Shown here piece by piece: positions 10,481 through 22,499 of a stretch of DNA of 39,709 nucleotides. Source of the stretch: Octopus bimaculoides (lineage: Eukaryota). The translations under genes were made by a program, and so were the position numbers. The notes under the pieces were generated by a model. That model was not told the origin of the DNA and did no database searches. It worked only from the letters and a program-made list of their open reading frames with translations. The stretch covers positions 54,691,978 through 54,731,686 of the forward strand of contig NC_068986.1 in the NCBI RefSeq assembly GCF_001194135.2, given 5' to 3'. Each line of letters starts with the position of its first letter. Positions within the stretch are counted from its first letter, which is position 1.

Positions 10481-11087
10481 TGTCTAACTTTGTTTCTTTT
10501 AATCTGTTTATATATCTCTCTTTATCAATCACTATCTATGAATCTGTCTACTTATTGTTTCTTCTACTATTCCTCTTTCTTTCACTCTCCCTCTCTCCCT
10601 CTGTCTCTTTCTCGCTCAATCTCTCTCCTCCTCCCTCCCTCCCTCCCTCCTTCTTCACACAAACACACACACTCACATGCATACGCACACAAACACACAT
10701 ATACACGCGCATTTATGCATGTATGTGTATGCTTAAATGTTTGTATGTATATATGTGTGTTTGTGTGTATGTGTACACGTTTAAACAAACTGAGAAACAA
10801 CACAATCTATCCCAGTAGATATTTACATTAATATCTAATTAAATTTGCTCCAAACAATAATTAAAATTTTCTGCTCTTACTGTTCTATTCAGTAGAACGA
10901 GACTACAAACAATAAAAGAACATGCTCTAAATTCGTAGTAATTTGAACCAGATAATATATGTCTGTAATATAGGATATAATTAAATTACTCAACAACCCT
11001 TTTAATAAGAAATCCAGTCATATAAGAAAGTCAGTGATCAGTATTTATTTATTTGGAAAGAAATCGTAATTACAGTCTCTTGTGTCG

Positions 11088-11300
11088 TCTGTTTCAGTCA
11101 CTTGACTTCGGCCATGTTGAGGCACAGCTTTCAAGAGTTTTAGTGGGACGAATCGCCCCCCCCCACCTCACCCCACAGTGCTTCTTTTTTGAAACTTGAT
11201 GTTTTCTTCTATCGGATCTTTAGCCTAACCGCTCATTCACAGGAACGTGAGCAAACCGACAGCGTTCGGCAAGCACTGTTGACGCACAAACACAAATATG
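11088..11300 (-). mobile_element. CORE-type SINE 3' module, degraded
   Basis: GTTTCAGTCACTTGACTTCGGCCATGTTGAGGCAC..TTCTATCGGATC..AACCGCT is the reverse complement of the 3' module of 11637-12192. Confidence 0.7.
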
Positions 11301-11383
11301 ATGACTCGCACACATATGTGTGTATGCATGTGCATTTGTGTGCGTATGCGTGTATGCGTGTGTATGTACATTTATATAAAAGG

Positions 11384-11415
<32 letters not shown>

Positions 11416-11636
11416 GTCTGCCTGTCTGTCAGTCTGTCTGTCTGTCTATATATATTATGGGCTTTTTTGTTTTTTTTAATAATTTTTTGTGTTATATCAT
11501 TTTATATTCATAGAACATTGTTTTATTATAATATAAATAATTAGATCGTCAATTGAATCTCTCTAATTTGTAATTTGCATTATACCCCTATTTAAGTGGT
11601 ATTTAATCGACGTACCAGTGAATTTGGTTACTTTTA

Positions 11637-12192
11637 TAGGCGCAGGGGAGGCTGTGTGGTAAGTAGCTTGCTTACCAACACATGGTTCCGGGTTCAGTCC
11701 CACTGCGTGGTACCTTGGGCAAGTGTCTTCTACTATAGCCTCGGGCCGACCAAAGCCTTGTGAGTGGATTTGGTAGACGGAAACTGAAAGAAGCCCGTCG
11801 TATATATATATATATATATATATNNNNNNNNNNNNNNNNNNNNNNNNNNNNNNNNNNNNNNNNNNNNNNNNNNNNNNNNNNNNNNNNNNNNNNNNNNNNN
11901 NNNNNNNNNNNNNNNNNNNNNNNNNNNNNNNNNNNNNNNNNNNNNNNNNNNNNNNNNNNNNNNNNNNNNNNNNNNNNNNNNNNNNNNNNNNNNNNNNNNN
12001 NNNNNNNNNNNNNNNNNNNNNNNNNNNNNNNNNNNNNNNNNNNNNNNNNNNNNNNNNNNNNNNNNNNNNNNNNNNNNNNNNNNNNNNNNNNNNNNNNNNT
12101 AGGCTTACAAAGAATAAATCCTGGGGTCGATTTTCTCGACTAAAGGCGGTGCTCCAGCATGGCCGCAGTCAAATGACTGAAACAAGTAAGAA
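11637..12192 (+). mobile_element. CORE-type SINE, young near-intact copy (centre lies in a gap)
   Basis: Head GGCGCAGGGGAGGCTGTGTGGTAAG, B-box GGTTCAGTCC 11691-11700, CORE-like ACCTTGGGCAAGTGTCTTC 11712-11730, (TA)n, gap, then tail ..GGCGGTGCTCCAGCATGGCCGCAGTCAAATGACTGAAACAAG. Confidence 0.9.
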
Positions 12193-12346
12193 CAAATACA
12201 CACACACACACACACACACATACACACACACATATATATATATATGTAGGATGTTGGTGCAAACAGGAAAAGTTGAACTCAAAATATGTATATATGTATA
12301 TTTGTATTAATATTTAGCAGAAGAAAGACCTCGAGTCACTGTTTCT

Positions 12347-12387
<41 letters not shown>

Positions 12388-12662
12388 AGGAGTATTTTAT
12401 GTATGAATGTTTGTATGTATGTATTATATTCCCTTACATACAGCCACAAGTTTGTTGTTGTCTTCTTATGGCTTAACTAGAGGATCAACAACAACGCCCA
12501 TGAAGCCTTTTCCGGATCTGCGAGATGGTAAGATGAGGAAGGAATATATATATCCTTAAGTCAGAGATCTGGTGTGAATGGCTACAAGAAAGTAAACTTC
12601 GGCGAAGGCACGTGAAATAGATGGTGATGTTAAACTGGACAGAGTTAACATGTAGCCACGCA

Positions 12663-12830
12663 TACGATGGGGCGCTGAAACGTTTCCTGGCTTTGGGTAA
12701 AAGAAAATACAGGAGGATCAGTTAAACATGATTTTCTTCAACGTATTCCCCTCTCAGATTCACACACTTGTTGCAGCCATCCTTCAGTTTCCCTAAACCC
12801 TTTAAAAGAACTCGGAAGTTCTTGTAGCTG
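12663..12830 (-). mobile_element. Mariner transposon 3' end fragment with TIR
   Basis: TA followed by CGATGGGGCGCTGAAACGTTTCCTGGCT (mariner-type TIR). The minus frame gives KGLGKLKDGCNKCVNLRGEYVEENHV*, matching the mariner C-terminal KL..RW.KCV...G.YVE pattern. Confidence 0.75.
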
Positions 12831-13047
12831 TAAGGAAAGTTAGAATACTATTGTGTAACTCTTGGTTTGCCTGATCAAATAGACCTATGTGAAAACTAAG
12901 CTAATTTGGCTGAACGGCCGGGTACCTTTTATAAATCCATTGCACCAGATATATTGTCTCCGCTTGGTTAAGGACCATACAGTATACTCCAGCATTCTGG
13001 CCTACATGCAAGAGCTTATAAAAACAATATTTCGTTTACGTCCTCCT

Positions 13048-13170
13048 AATTTAGCTGTTCGGTAGAAAGCGTCCGATAAATTAAGTACAGGGCTTTAAAA
13101 CAAAAATAAGTGCTGGAGTCGATTTGTTCGGCTAAACCCTTCAAGGCGGTGCCCCAGCCTGGTCACAGTC
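13048..13170 (+). mobile_element. CORE-type SINE 3' module fragment
   Basis: TTAGCTGTTCGGTAGAAAGCGTCCGATAAATTAAGTAC..GGAGTCGATTTGTTCGGCTAAACCCTTCAAGGCGGTGCCCCAGCCTGGTCACAGTC matches the tails of other copies. Confidence 0.75.
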
Positions 13171-13609
13171 TGCGTATGTGCATGTATGTGTGTGTGAGAT
13201 TGTGTGTATTTAGGGGAAAAAAGAGATGAGTACGGGAGCACTTAGCAGTGCAAGGAATGAGATATAGAAGGAAAAAAAAGAGTGAGAGCGAAACAGACAG
13301 AAAGAAACAAAGAGAAAGAGTGAGAAAAAAACCGAGTAGTTTGTCGATATGCAGAAATGTGAATGATATCTGTAAAGAGAAAGGGAACTATGGTGTATGT
13401 GTCATACATGCATGTGTGGTAGGAATATGTACACGACTACGTACGTGCATATCTACGTACATTTATGCACGTATGTACAATAATCGAAACGCTATTCGAC
13501 CGATCACTGTTATTCACAACACTAAATAGGCTTTTGTAGTGATTTTGCTAATTGGATAAACATTGCTCTCGGCACACAGCAGTGGTCTTTGGGGACCTAA
13601 TATTGCTAA

Positions 13610-15157
13610 AGTGGTGGTGGTGGTGGTGGTGGTGGTTAGCATACTTTGTAGTAGTGGTTTTAGTCGTGTCGTTGTTGGTGGAGGTGGTGGTGGTGGTAGT
13701 GGTGGTGGGACGAATTTAGTGGTCTGTTACGGGGTTAGTGATGGTGGTCGTGATAGAGACAGGTGACCGCGGTTAACCCGAGGTTGTGAATGATGCTGGC
13801 TGTACATAGTGGTGGTTTTGGTGGTGGTGGTGGTGGTGGTGGTGGTGGTGATGGTGGTGGTGATGGTAAATAATGGATGTGCTGTTGATTTGCTCCTGGG
13901 GTAGTCATGATGTTAGTGGTTCTAACGTTGTTGTTGTTGTTGTTGTTGGTGGTGGCATGTTGATGGTGGTGGTATGTTTGTGGTGATGGTTGCAGTGGCG
14001 TTGATAGTAGTGATGGTAGTGGTGGTGGCGGCACTGGTGGCAGTGGTGATAGTCATGATGAATGATGGTAGTGGTAATGGTGATAATGATGGTGGTGGTG
14101 GTGGCACTGGTGGCGGTGGTGGTGGTGGTCGTCGTCGTCGTCGTCGTGTGGTGATAGTGGTGTCACTGGTCGATTTATAATGGCTACGGTAGGAGCCGTG
14201 GCTGGTGATAGGATTGGGTGGCGACCGTAGCTAATGATGTTTGGTGGTGGCGTTGGTGGTGTTGGTGGTGCTTGTAGACTTATTGATGGTGGGGACTACG
14301 TCGATAGAATATCTCTCGTAAGATCGATAGTCTCTATTCATGATGGTGATGCTGGTGGTACTAGATAGAGTTCGTGGCGTAGAAGGGTTGATGGTTATGG
14401 AGAGAGTGACGACAGTCGTGGTGGACGTTTTGGACTGAAGACGTCTTTCAAGATATTNNNNNNNNNNNNNNNNNNNNNNNNNNNNNNNNNNNNNNNNNNN
14501 NNNNNNNNNNNNNNNNNNNNNNNNNNNNNNNNNNNNNNNNNNNNNNNNNNNNNNNNNNNNNNNNNNNNNNNNNNNNNNNNNNNNNNNNNNNNNNNNNNNN
14601 NNNNNNNNNNNNNNNNNNNNNNNNNNNNNNNNNNNNNNNNNNNNNNNNNNNNNNNNNNNNNNNNNNNNNNNNNNNNNNNNNNNNNNNNNNNNNNNNNNNN
14701 NNNNNNNNNNNNNNNNNNGGTGGTGGTGGTGGTGGTGGTGGTGGTGGTGATAGTGGCAGTGACAACAGCAGGAGTGGCGGCAATGGTGGTGGTGGTGATG
14801 GTGAAGGTAGTGCTGGCGGCAGAGGTTGCTGGTAGCAGTCGAAAGCATGCAATTTCTCTGGTGGTGGTGGTATTGGAGGCGCTTGTACCATGTGGTGGGT
14901 GATTGTGGTAATAGTGTTTATATTAAGATGTAGCAATGTCGGTCGGTGGCGGTAATTTGTGCTGTGGAAATTCTGACGTTTAACATGGGAGTAGCAGGGG
15001 TGGAGGTTATTATACGGCCTGCTAGTTTGGATAGGTGGTGGTGGTGGGTATGATGTAGCTTTGGCATTGGTCACGATAGTGATGGTGGCGCCGATACTGA
15101 TGCTGGTCCCGATGCTGGTGGCAGTGGTGCTAGTGGTGATGGTGGTGGTTTGCTGCT

Positions 15158-15188
<31 letters not shown>

Positions 15189-15510
15189 ATGGTGATGGCA
15201 CTGGTGATGGTATTGCTGCTTCTGCTGGTGCTGGTGCTGCTACTGAAAGCTTTAGTGTTAACTGACAGCTCTAAAATGGTATTTAATGTGATAATGTTGA
15301 CGGTCGTGATGATGATGATGATGATGATGATGGTGAATTTAGTGTTGGAATAATGGTCTCTTGCTGGTGGTGGGTGAGTTGCAAATGTGCTAACGGTATG
15401 ATAATGGAGTAAAGATAGCGGTGGTAGTGATGATAATATTGACGGTAGTGGTGGTGGTGATGGTGATGCGGCTGGGAAGCAAGCNNNNNNNNNNGGTGGT
15501 GGTGGTGCTT
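13610..15510 (+). repeat. About 1.9-kb cryptic (GGT)n/(GAT)n trinucleotide low-complexity region
   Basis: GGT/GAT/GTT/GCT runs throughout, interrupted by two gaps; source of the poly-P/T/H/V ORFs. Confidence 0.9.
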
Positions 15511-15639
15511 TCAGGGTCAAGTTATTTGTAATAATTGAGATAGAAACTGCAATAGGGATAACAACAGCGGTGAATTGATGGTTGCGGTGACGATGGCGCT
15601 TCTAATACAGAAATTGTAATTGTTGGGATTCATACAGAC

Positions 15640-15930
15640 AGACACCCACACACACACACAGGCACACACACACACACACGCGTACGTACGTATTTGTGTA
15701 AGCGTATATGTATGCCTGTGTTTGTGTATATATGTATGGTTGTATGTATGCATGTATGAATATATGTATTCATGTATGAATGTATGTATGTATGTATATG
15801 TATGTATGACTGCATGTATATGTGCGTATGTATGCATGCATGTATGCATCTATGTATGTATGATTGTATGTATGTATGTATGTATGTATGTATGTGTATG
15901 TGTATGTATATGTGAATGTATGTATGAATG
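15640..15930. repeat. (CA)n and (TATG)n microsatellite
   Basis: Direct reading. Confidence 0.93.
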
Positions 15931-16125
15931 TACAGTAATCTCTTGCCCTATCGCGATTCACCTATCGCGATTCACCTATCGCGGTTTATTATTTAAGCTT
16001 ACATCGATTCCTCCATGGTGTTGTTTTCCATTTATAATAAAATAAATACATACAAATTATAAAAATAATCAAAAAATATACAGTACAGTACTGTTTCTAC
16101 TTCACGGATTTTCACCTATCGCGAG
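15931..16125. mobile_element. Tigger/pogo-like DNA transposon end fragment
   Basis: Starts TA-CAGTAATCTCTTGCCCTATCGCG (Tigger-type CAGT TIR start). Carries three tandem 14-bp CCTATCGCGATTCA units (15947-15988) and a further TTCACCTATCGCGA near 16111-16124. No second TIR found. Confidence 0.6.
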
Positions 16126-16817
16126 TGGTGCATTGTTGTACCACTATTTTATACACACACACACACGCGCACATATATATATTTAATGTATGTATGTATG
16201 TATGTATGTATGTATGAATGTATGTATGTATGTATTATGCTTGTATGTATGCATGCATGTATGTATGTATATGTATGATTTTTCTTTGAGTTTAATTTAA
16301 GTTTTCTTGAGAAAATTCAAGCCAGTTGCTAACAAAGTCACGAGGCTTTTTGAGTTAAGAGAGTTCCCGGTGTTTGTAAATACGTGGTTGAATTTGCTTG
16401 TTGACTGAACTGTCGATGCATACACCCGAATGTGTGCATCTATTCACATAAGAACCTCAGATGCAATATCTTTGGAATATCTTACAAATCTTCACTGTGC
16501 CATTAATAGATTGGATTTGTATGCATGCATGTATGTATGTATGTATGTATGTATGTATGTATGTGTGTATGTATGTGGAATGAAAACGAACACGCATAAT
16601 TTTTCCACATAGCTCACAAATCTATTCGGCTCCACAGTTGTTTCAATGGTATAAAACATATTCATGCAATGAGTAATTAGAATGCTTAATTTATCGATTT
16701 GAAAGTAGTGTGTTACCCATATCGTCAGGAAAAAGAATGGTAATCAAGAAATCAACACAGCTTTTATTTACAGTGAACATACTTTTTGACGTTTATGCAT
16801 CAATTCTCTCTTTCTCC

Positions 16818-16936
<119 letters not shown>

Positions 16937-17594
16937 CTCTGCATTTGTATTTGTGTAACGTTTCTCCGTTTTTTTTCCGTCCTTGTTTTTGTATACATTC
17001 GCTGCTTTCTTCCAAGGAATCTAGTGCTCTTAGCTTAGTTTTTCCTTGGGGCTGGCCAGATTAGACCAATCTCGAGTATAACCAACCGAAATTGCAAAGA
17101 TAACCTGAACTCGACTGAGGAAAGAAAACTCTGAATGATTCGTGCTTGTTTCCTTGTATCGTCTGTCTGGATGTTTTGTTGCCCCTTTTTTGTATCACCT
17201 GTGTGGATGTTTTGCACTCTTGTCCCATTTTTATATTTTATAAATATATATATATATAACAGGCTTCTAGCAAAATTACTCACAAACCATTGATCGGCCC
17301 AGAATGTTGGATTTTTATTTAATTCATTTATTTTAAATATTGAATTTAAAATGGTGAATGCAAATATGAAATATAATCGCATCGTATCCTTTCTCCACAT
17401 CACCACCACCGCCACAAACTCACCACCAACACCACAAACTACCACAACTAACATCAACATAACCACTAATACAATCACGGTCACCACCACTACTACCATC
17501 GCCGCCGCCGCCGCCGCCTCCACCACCACCAACATTAAGACTTACCAATAGTATAAGAGATATTTATATTCTTGGATTTTCTGACTAATAACTC

Positions 17595-18062
17595 TTTCCA
17601 GTTTTGGTACAAGACCATTAATTTTGTAGGGGGAGAGGCTTAGTCAATTACATCGACTCTAGTGATCAACTGGTTCTTATTTTATCGACCCAGAAAGAGA
17701 TGAAAGGCAAGGTCGGCCTCAGCGGAATTTGAACTTATACTATAAAGGGCCGGTTGACATGCCGCTAAGCGTTTTGTCTGACATCTTTAACGATTCTTAT
17801 TTCTTTATTGCCCACAAGGGGCTAAACATAGAGGGGACAAACAAAGACTGACAGAGGTATTCAGTCGATTACATCGACCTCAGTGCGCAACTGGTACTTA
17901 ATTTATCGACCCCGAAAGGATGAAAGGCAAAGACGACTTCGGCGGAATTTGAACTCAGAACGTAGCGGCAGACGAAATACCACTAAGCATTTCGGCCATG
18001 CGTGCTAACGTTTCTGTCAGCTCATTGCCTTGCTAACGATTCTGCCAGCTCGCTCACTGCCT
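17595..18062 (-). mobile_element. Nin/Deu-domain tRNA-SINE copy A, split by copy B
   Basis: Body at 17595-17797 (TTTATCGACCC..GATGAAAGGCAAGGTCGG..GGAATTTGAAC); head remainder GCTAACGATTCTGCCAGCTCGC..GCCTT at 18032-18062. Confidence 0.75.
17798..18031 (-). mobile_element. Nin/Deu-domain tRNA-SINE copy B, younger, inserted in copy A
   Basis: Complete head-domain-tail; flanked by TAACGATTCT at 17788-17797 and 18034-18043 (likely TSD). Confidence 0.88.
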
Positions 18063-18076
18063 TGCTGTAACTGATG

Positions 18077-18296
18077 ATATTGGTTCCAAATTTTTGCACA
18101 AGGTCAGCAATATTAGGGAGGGTGTAAATTGATTACATCGACCAAGCATTCAACTGGTACTTTTTTTTATCAACCCCCGAAAGGGATGAAAGGCAAAGTC
18201 AACATCGGCAGAATTCGAACTCAGAAGGTAAAGACGGACAGAATGTTATCGAGCAGTTTTGCCCCTGCGCTAACGATTCCGCTAGCACGCCGCCTT
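18077..18296 (-). mobile_element. Nin/Deu-domain tRNA-SINE copy C
   Basis: GATTACATCGACC..CTGGTAC..GGATGAAAGGCAAAGTCAAC..GAATTCGAACTCAG..GCTAACGATTCCGCTAGCACGCCGCCTT. Confidence 0.85.
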
Positions 18297-18345
18297 AGCT
18301 CTGACCGATAATGTTGTCACCATTTTCTGACATGTTTTCTTTCCC

Positions 18346-18780
18346 CGTTGTTGTTGTTGTTGCTGCTGTCTTCATCGTTGATGGCTTTTTTCTTGTTTTT
18401 TTTTTTGTTTTGTCTTTTTTATGGTATCAGTATTGTTGCTGTTACCTTTGTCCTTGTTAGCGTCGTCGCTATTGTTGACGATGTTGTGGTCTTCATTGCT
18501 AACGCCGTTGCTATTGTCTTTTCCACAGATGTTGTTTGCTTCTGTCGTTGTCCTTATTGTTGTGTTGTTGGTGCTGTTATTTCTGTCTTCTATCCTTGAT
18601 GCCGATGTCGTTGTTTTCAACGTTGACATTATTTTAGCCGTAATCGTTGTTGTTTTGCTGTTGATGTTAACGCTGTCGTTGTATGTTTCTTTTTATGTTG
18701 GTCTTAATGTGGTTCATGTCATTTTGAGTTGATAACTATATTATTGCTGTCGGTCTTTGTTGTCGTTGCTTCTTGCTTCT
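18346..18780 (+). repeat. Cryptic (GTT)n low-complexity tract
   Basis: Degenerate GTT/GCT triplets that produce V/L/T/N-rich ORFs. Confidence 0.85.
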
Positions 18781-19582
18781 TCTTGTTTTCTTCATCGATC
18801 TCTATCTGTCCGTCTGACACTTTCTATCTATTTTTCTCTGCCTAATTGTCCATGTATTCTTATTCCTTTCGTTATTCATTACAATCGTTAACATTCCCTC
18901 ATTCGTTTTTTTCTATTTGTTATTTTTTCTTTGTAATCTTGTATATGTTTCTTTCTCACAATACCATGATGATATGGCCGTCTAATTTTCTTCCGATCAA
19001 ACAGCTTGCGCCTTTTTATTACTATTCATATTACTATTTTACACAGCATATATGCACACACACGTAGATACACTCATATATATATANNNNNNNNNNNNNN
19101 NNNNNNNNNNNNNNNNNNNNNNNNNNNNNNNNNNNNNNNNNNNNNNNNNNNNNNNNNNNNNNNNNNNNNNNNNNNNNNNNNNNNNNNNNNNNNNNNNNNN
19201 NNNNNNNNNNNNNNNNNNNNNNNNNNNNNNNNNNNNNNNNNNNNNNNNNNNNNNNNNNNNNNNNNNNNNNNNNNNNNNNNNNNNNNNNNNNNNNNNNNNN
19301 NNNNNNNNNNNNNNNNNNNNNNNNNNNNNNNNNNNNNNNNNNNNNNNNNNNNNNNNNNNNNNNNNNNNNNNNNNNNNNNNNNNNNNNNNNNNNNNNNNNN
19401 NNNNNNNNNNNNNNNNNNNNNNNNNNNNNNNNNNNNNNNNNNNNNNNNNNNNNNNNNNNNNNNNNNNNNNNNNNNNNNNNNGATAGATAGGTAGATATTT
19501 GCATTCTTTTTAATTTTCTTTTTTTCTTTTCTGTATACCTTTATTTATGACATATTTTCGGAAATCCTTCCTTGTAGAGTTA

Positions 19583-19630
19583 TCGTCGTCGTCGTCGTCA
19601 TCGTCGTCGTCGTCATCGTCGTCGTCGTCG

Positions 19631-19670
<40 letters not shown>
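19583..19670. repeat. (TCG)n(TCA)n microsatellite
   Basis: Direct reading. Confidence 0.95.
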
Positions 19671-19671
<1 letters not shown>

Positions 19672-19958
19672 TTTTCTTTATCTTGTTCTTTCCTTTTTCT
19701 TCTAATTCGTTCTACTTTTTCGCATACCGCCCCCACCCTCCAATGAACTCCTCTTCCTCATTTTCATATATTTCATTCTCCTTGAACCATCTAAATTCTC
19801 CATTCTATTCAATATCTTCCGCTTTCCTGAAAATGGCCAGCCATTTTCTTTTATTTGTTATATTGTTATATATCATAGTGAAACAATATGGGTAACATCG
19901 ATTTCCGTTCCATCAACTTCCGTTCCATAAAATGGTGTTCATACCAACGTATTATTTT

Positions 19959-19972
19959 TGTTGTTGTTGTTG

Positions 19973-20031
<59 letters not shown>

Positions 20032-20150
20032 GAGTGAGAGAATAGTGCATGCCATCAAAGTGACACTGGGGTAAAATATACGAAGGGTACACCAGGCACA
20101 TGCATCACAACCATATGTGTGCGACATGGTGATCTCATGTCTGTGAAATA
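19959..20150 (-). mobile_element. 3' end of a non-LTR retroposon with (TAA)n/(CAA)n tail
   Basis: (TTG)n(TTA)n at 19959-20031 directly abuts GAGTGAGAGAATAGTGCATGCCATCAAAGTGACACTGGGG..., which I recall as an abundant octopus repeat. The family link to 31595-31937 is from recollection and is unverified. Confidence 0.5.
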
Positions 20151-20714
20151 TTCAGCCACTATTACAAGTTTATGGATGGTCACAGTATAGAGAAAGTTTA
20201 TATGTGAAGACTAGACACTCCGATACCCGGTTAAATTGCATTCTTCTGTTAGTCAGTTAATAGTATGAGAAACAGATGAGTGTGAGAACTTCCCATTTCA
20301 CATTTAAAAATTCACGATCTTTATATAATATTGGAACCAGCGTGACTGTATGGTTACAAAGTTCGCTTCTCTGTTATGAGGTTTTAGGCTTCAAGCAATC
20401 CTACTCTGCACCACCTTGGACAAATGTCCGCTACTATCGCCTCAGGTTAACTAAAGCTATGTACGTTGAATTTGCTACCTGGTAACAGTGTAGCGTAAAA
20501 ACTCGTTGAAGAACCATCCTGTTATAGGGTGGTAGATTTAATCCGTCACACGGTTTACGTTGCTCTGAAGTTATCAAGATCTTATTTCTTTGCACTCATC
20601 AATCGCAGAGGTTCTGAAAATGGTGTTATTTTTCTTGTTTACTTTTTTTCTGTTTATTTATTCATTTATTTTTTTGCTTTGATTCCTTATTATATTACGT
20701 GCAAAAAGGAACAT

Positions 20715-21600
20715 TGGAGTGGTAAGAATCGGTGGAGCACCGGACAAAATATCTCCGGTAGTTAATTACGGCCTCAGAGGTTCTGAAATCAACGTTGCGT
20801 TTCTTTGTTTCAGGAGTCGACAAAATAAAGCACCTGTTAATTACTGATGTACATATAATTATTGTGCATTTTCCTAAATATCTACCCTGTATATTATTAT
20901 TATGACTATTATTAATTATTATTGAGGCAATGAGTCGACTTTTTTTTCATCCTTCTAGGCTCGATAAAATTAGTATCAGTGAGACACTGGGGTTGATGTA
21001 ATCGTCTGGCCCCCTCTCCCAAATTTCAAACTTTGTGTCTATAGTAGAAAGGATTATTAAAGCGGTGAGTTAGAAATAATCTTTAGCACGCCGAGAAAAT
21101 GCTTAGCGGCATTTCGACCGTCTTTACGTTCTGAGTTCAAATGTCGCCGTGGTCAACTTTGCCTCTTATCCTTTCGGAGTTGATAAAATAAGTACTTCTT
21201 CCACTCAAAACTGCTGGCCTTGGGCCAAAATTTGAAACCATCATTAATTATTATTAGAAGGCGGAGAACTGAAAGAACCGTTAGCACGCCGGGCAAAATG
21301 CTTAGCGGCATTTTGTCCGTCTTTATGTTCGAAGGTCAAATTCTGTCGCGATTGACTTTTCCTTTCATCTTTTCGGGGTCAATAAGATAAGTTCCAATAA
21401 AATAAGTACCAGTGGACAAAATAATTACCACTGGGGTCGATGTAATCGACTTACCCCCTCCTGCACATTTTCTAGCCCCTTTAACTCTACCCTCCATCTT
21501 TCCGAGTTCGGTGGCGTAAGTACCACTCAAGTCATGAGGTCAATTAAATCGACTTCACTTTATCCAGCAAATTTGTGATCTTCTGTCTCTAATAAGAATT
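20715..21600 (+). mobile_element. Head-to-tail cluster of 4-5 Nin/Deu-domain SINE copies
   Basis: Copies at about 20715-20870 (degraded), 20925-21058 (5'-truncated), 21059-21250, 21257-21480 and 21490-21600 (degraded); shared motifs TTAGCACGCCG, GTCGATAAAAT.AGTA, CTGGGGTCGATGTAATCGAC. Confidence 0.8.
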
Positions 21601-22499
21601 GATATCGTACTAAATCTTATTTTATATTAATGTACTTCTCTTTTTTCCTTCGGCCAAACGACATATATATTGGTCTATCACTGTCTATCATTCTGTCAAT
21701 CTATGCAGCTACTTATATATTCAGTCTTTTTCACTCTTTTTTCTTTGTGATTCACTCTCTCCCTCTTTCTATCTCTCTTTCCATCTCTCTCTTTCTCTTT
21801 CGTTCTTATCTGCATTTTCACTCTTCCCCTATCTGACTATCACCGTTTCACTCTACTTCTCTCTCTTCTTCTCTATCTCCTTGTATTCTTCTCATTTCTG
21901 CTTTTGATTTTAGTAGTAGTAGTAGTAGTAGTAGTAACGGTTTTTGTTGTTGTTGTTGTTGTTGTTTTCCCTTTGATTTTTATCGCCATTTTATTGTCTG
22001 TTATTACGATTATCGGCTGCTGACTTCGTGTAAAAAGAGTAACTGACAAACAGACAAAACACATTTGTGTTTTTGATACGTTTTTCTTCTCGTACTTTTT
22101 GTTTATATAATTCCAGTCATTCATTTAGTTGTTTAGCTGTCGTTTTGGTATTCTAATTCTACAGTTCCACTTGTAACTATTCCGGTTTGCCATTAAATAT
22201 TAAACGATTTCAATCAGCAGATGCTATAGCGTTCGCCATATCTCATGGGTTATGTTTCGTCCAACACCTATCACCATTTGCAATGCTAATCGCAATCCTT
22301 ACAATTAACAATTTAACTAACATGCTCTCTCTATTTTCTTCTCTTCTTCTTACTCTCTTGCTCTCTCTCACTCTCCATTTCCTCTCTGTCTCTCTCTCCC
22401 TCTTTCTCTTTCTCCCTCTCACTCCCGCTCTCACTCTGGATGTATCTAAATACTTTCTTTTGTCTATTTAATTTCTGCGTTTTTTTTTTTTTTGTTTAA

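Noticed and set aside
12318-12350. 9-bp hairpin CAGAAGAAA/TTTCTTCTG with CTCGAGTC in the loop
   Set aside because: No HHR core; too short to distinguish from chance.
13563-15520. Poly-Pro/His/Thr/Val ORFs resembling extensins or mucins
   Set aside because: They arise in several frames and on both strands from GGT trinucleotide runs and gaps.
8040-16000. Regularly spaced repeats as a possible CRISPR array
   Set aside because: No unique spacers, no cas genes, and a eukaryotic context.
17111-17142. CTGAGGA..TCT-GAATGATTCG hammerhead-like motif
   Set aside because: Lacks GAAA/A15.1-U16.1, and stems II and III are poor.
18071-18095. CTGATGA core heptamer
   Set aside because: No stem II/GAAA or cleavage triplet in register; it abuts a SINE tail.
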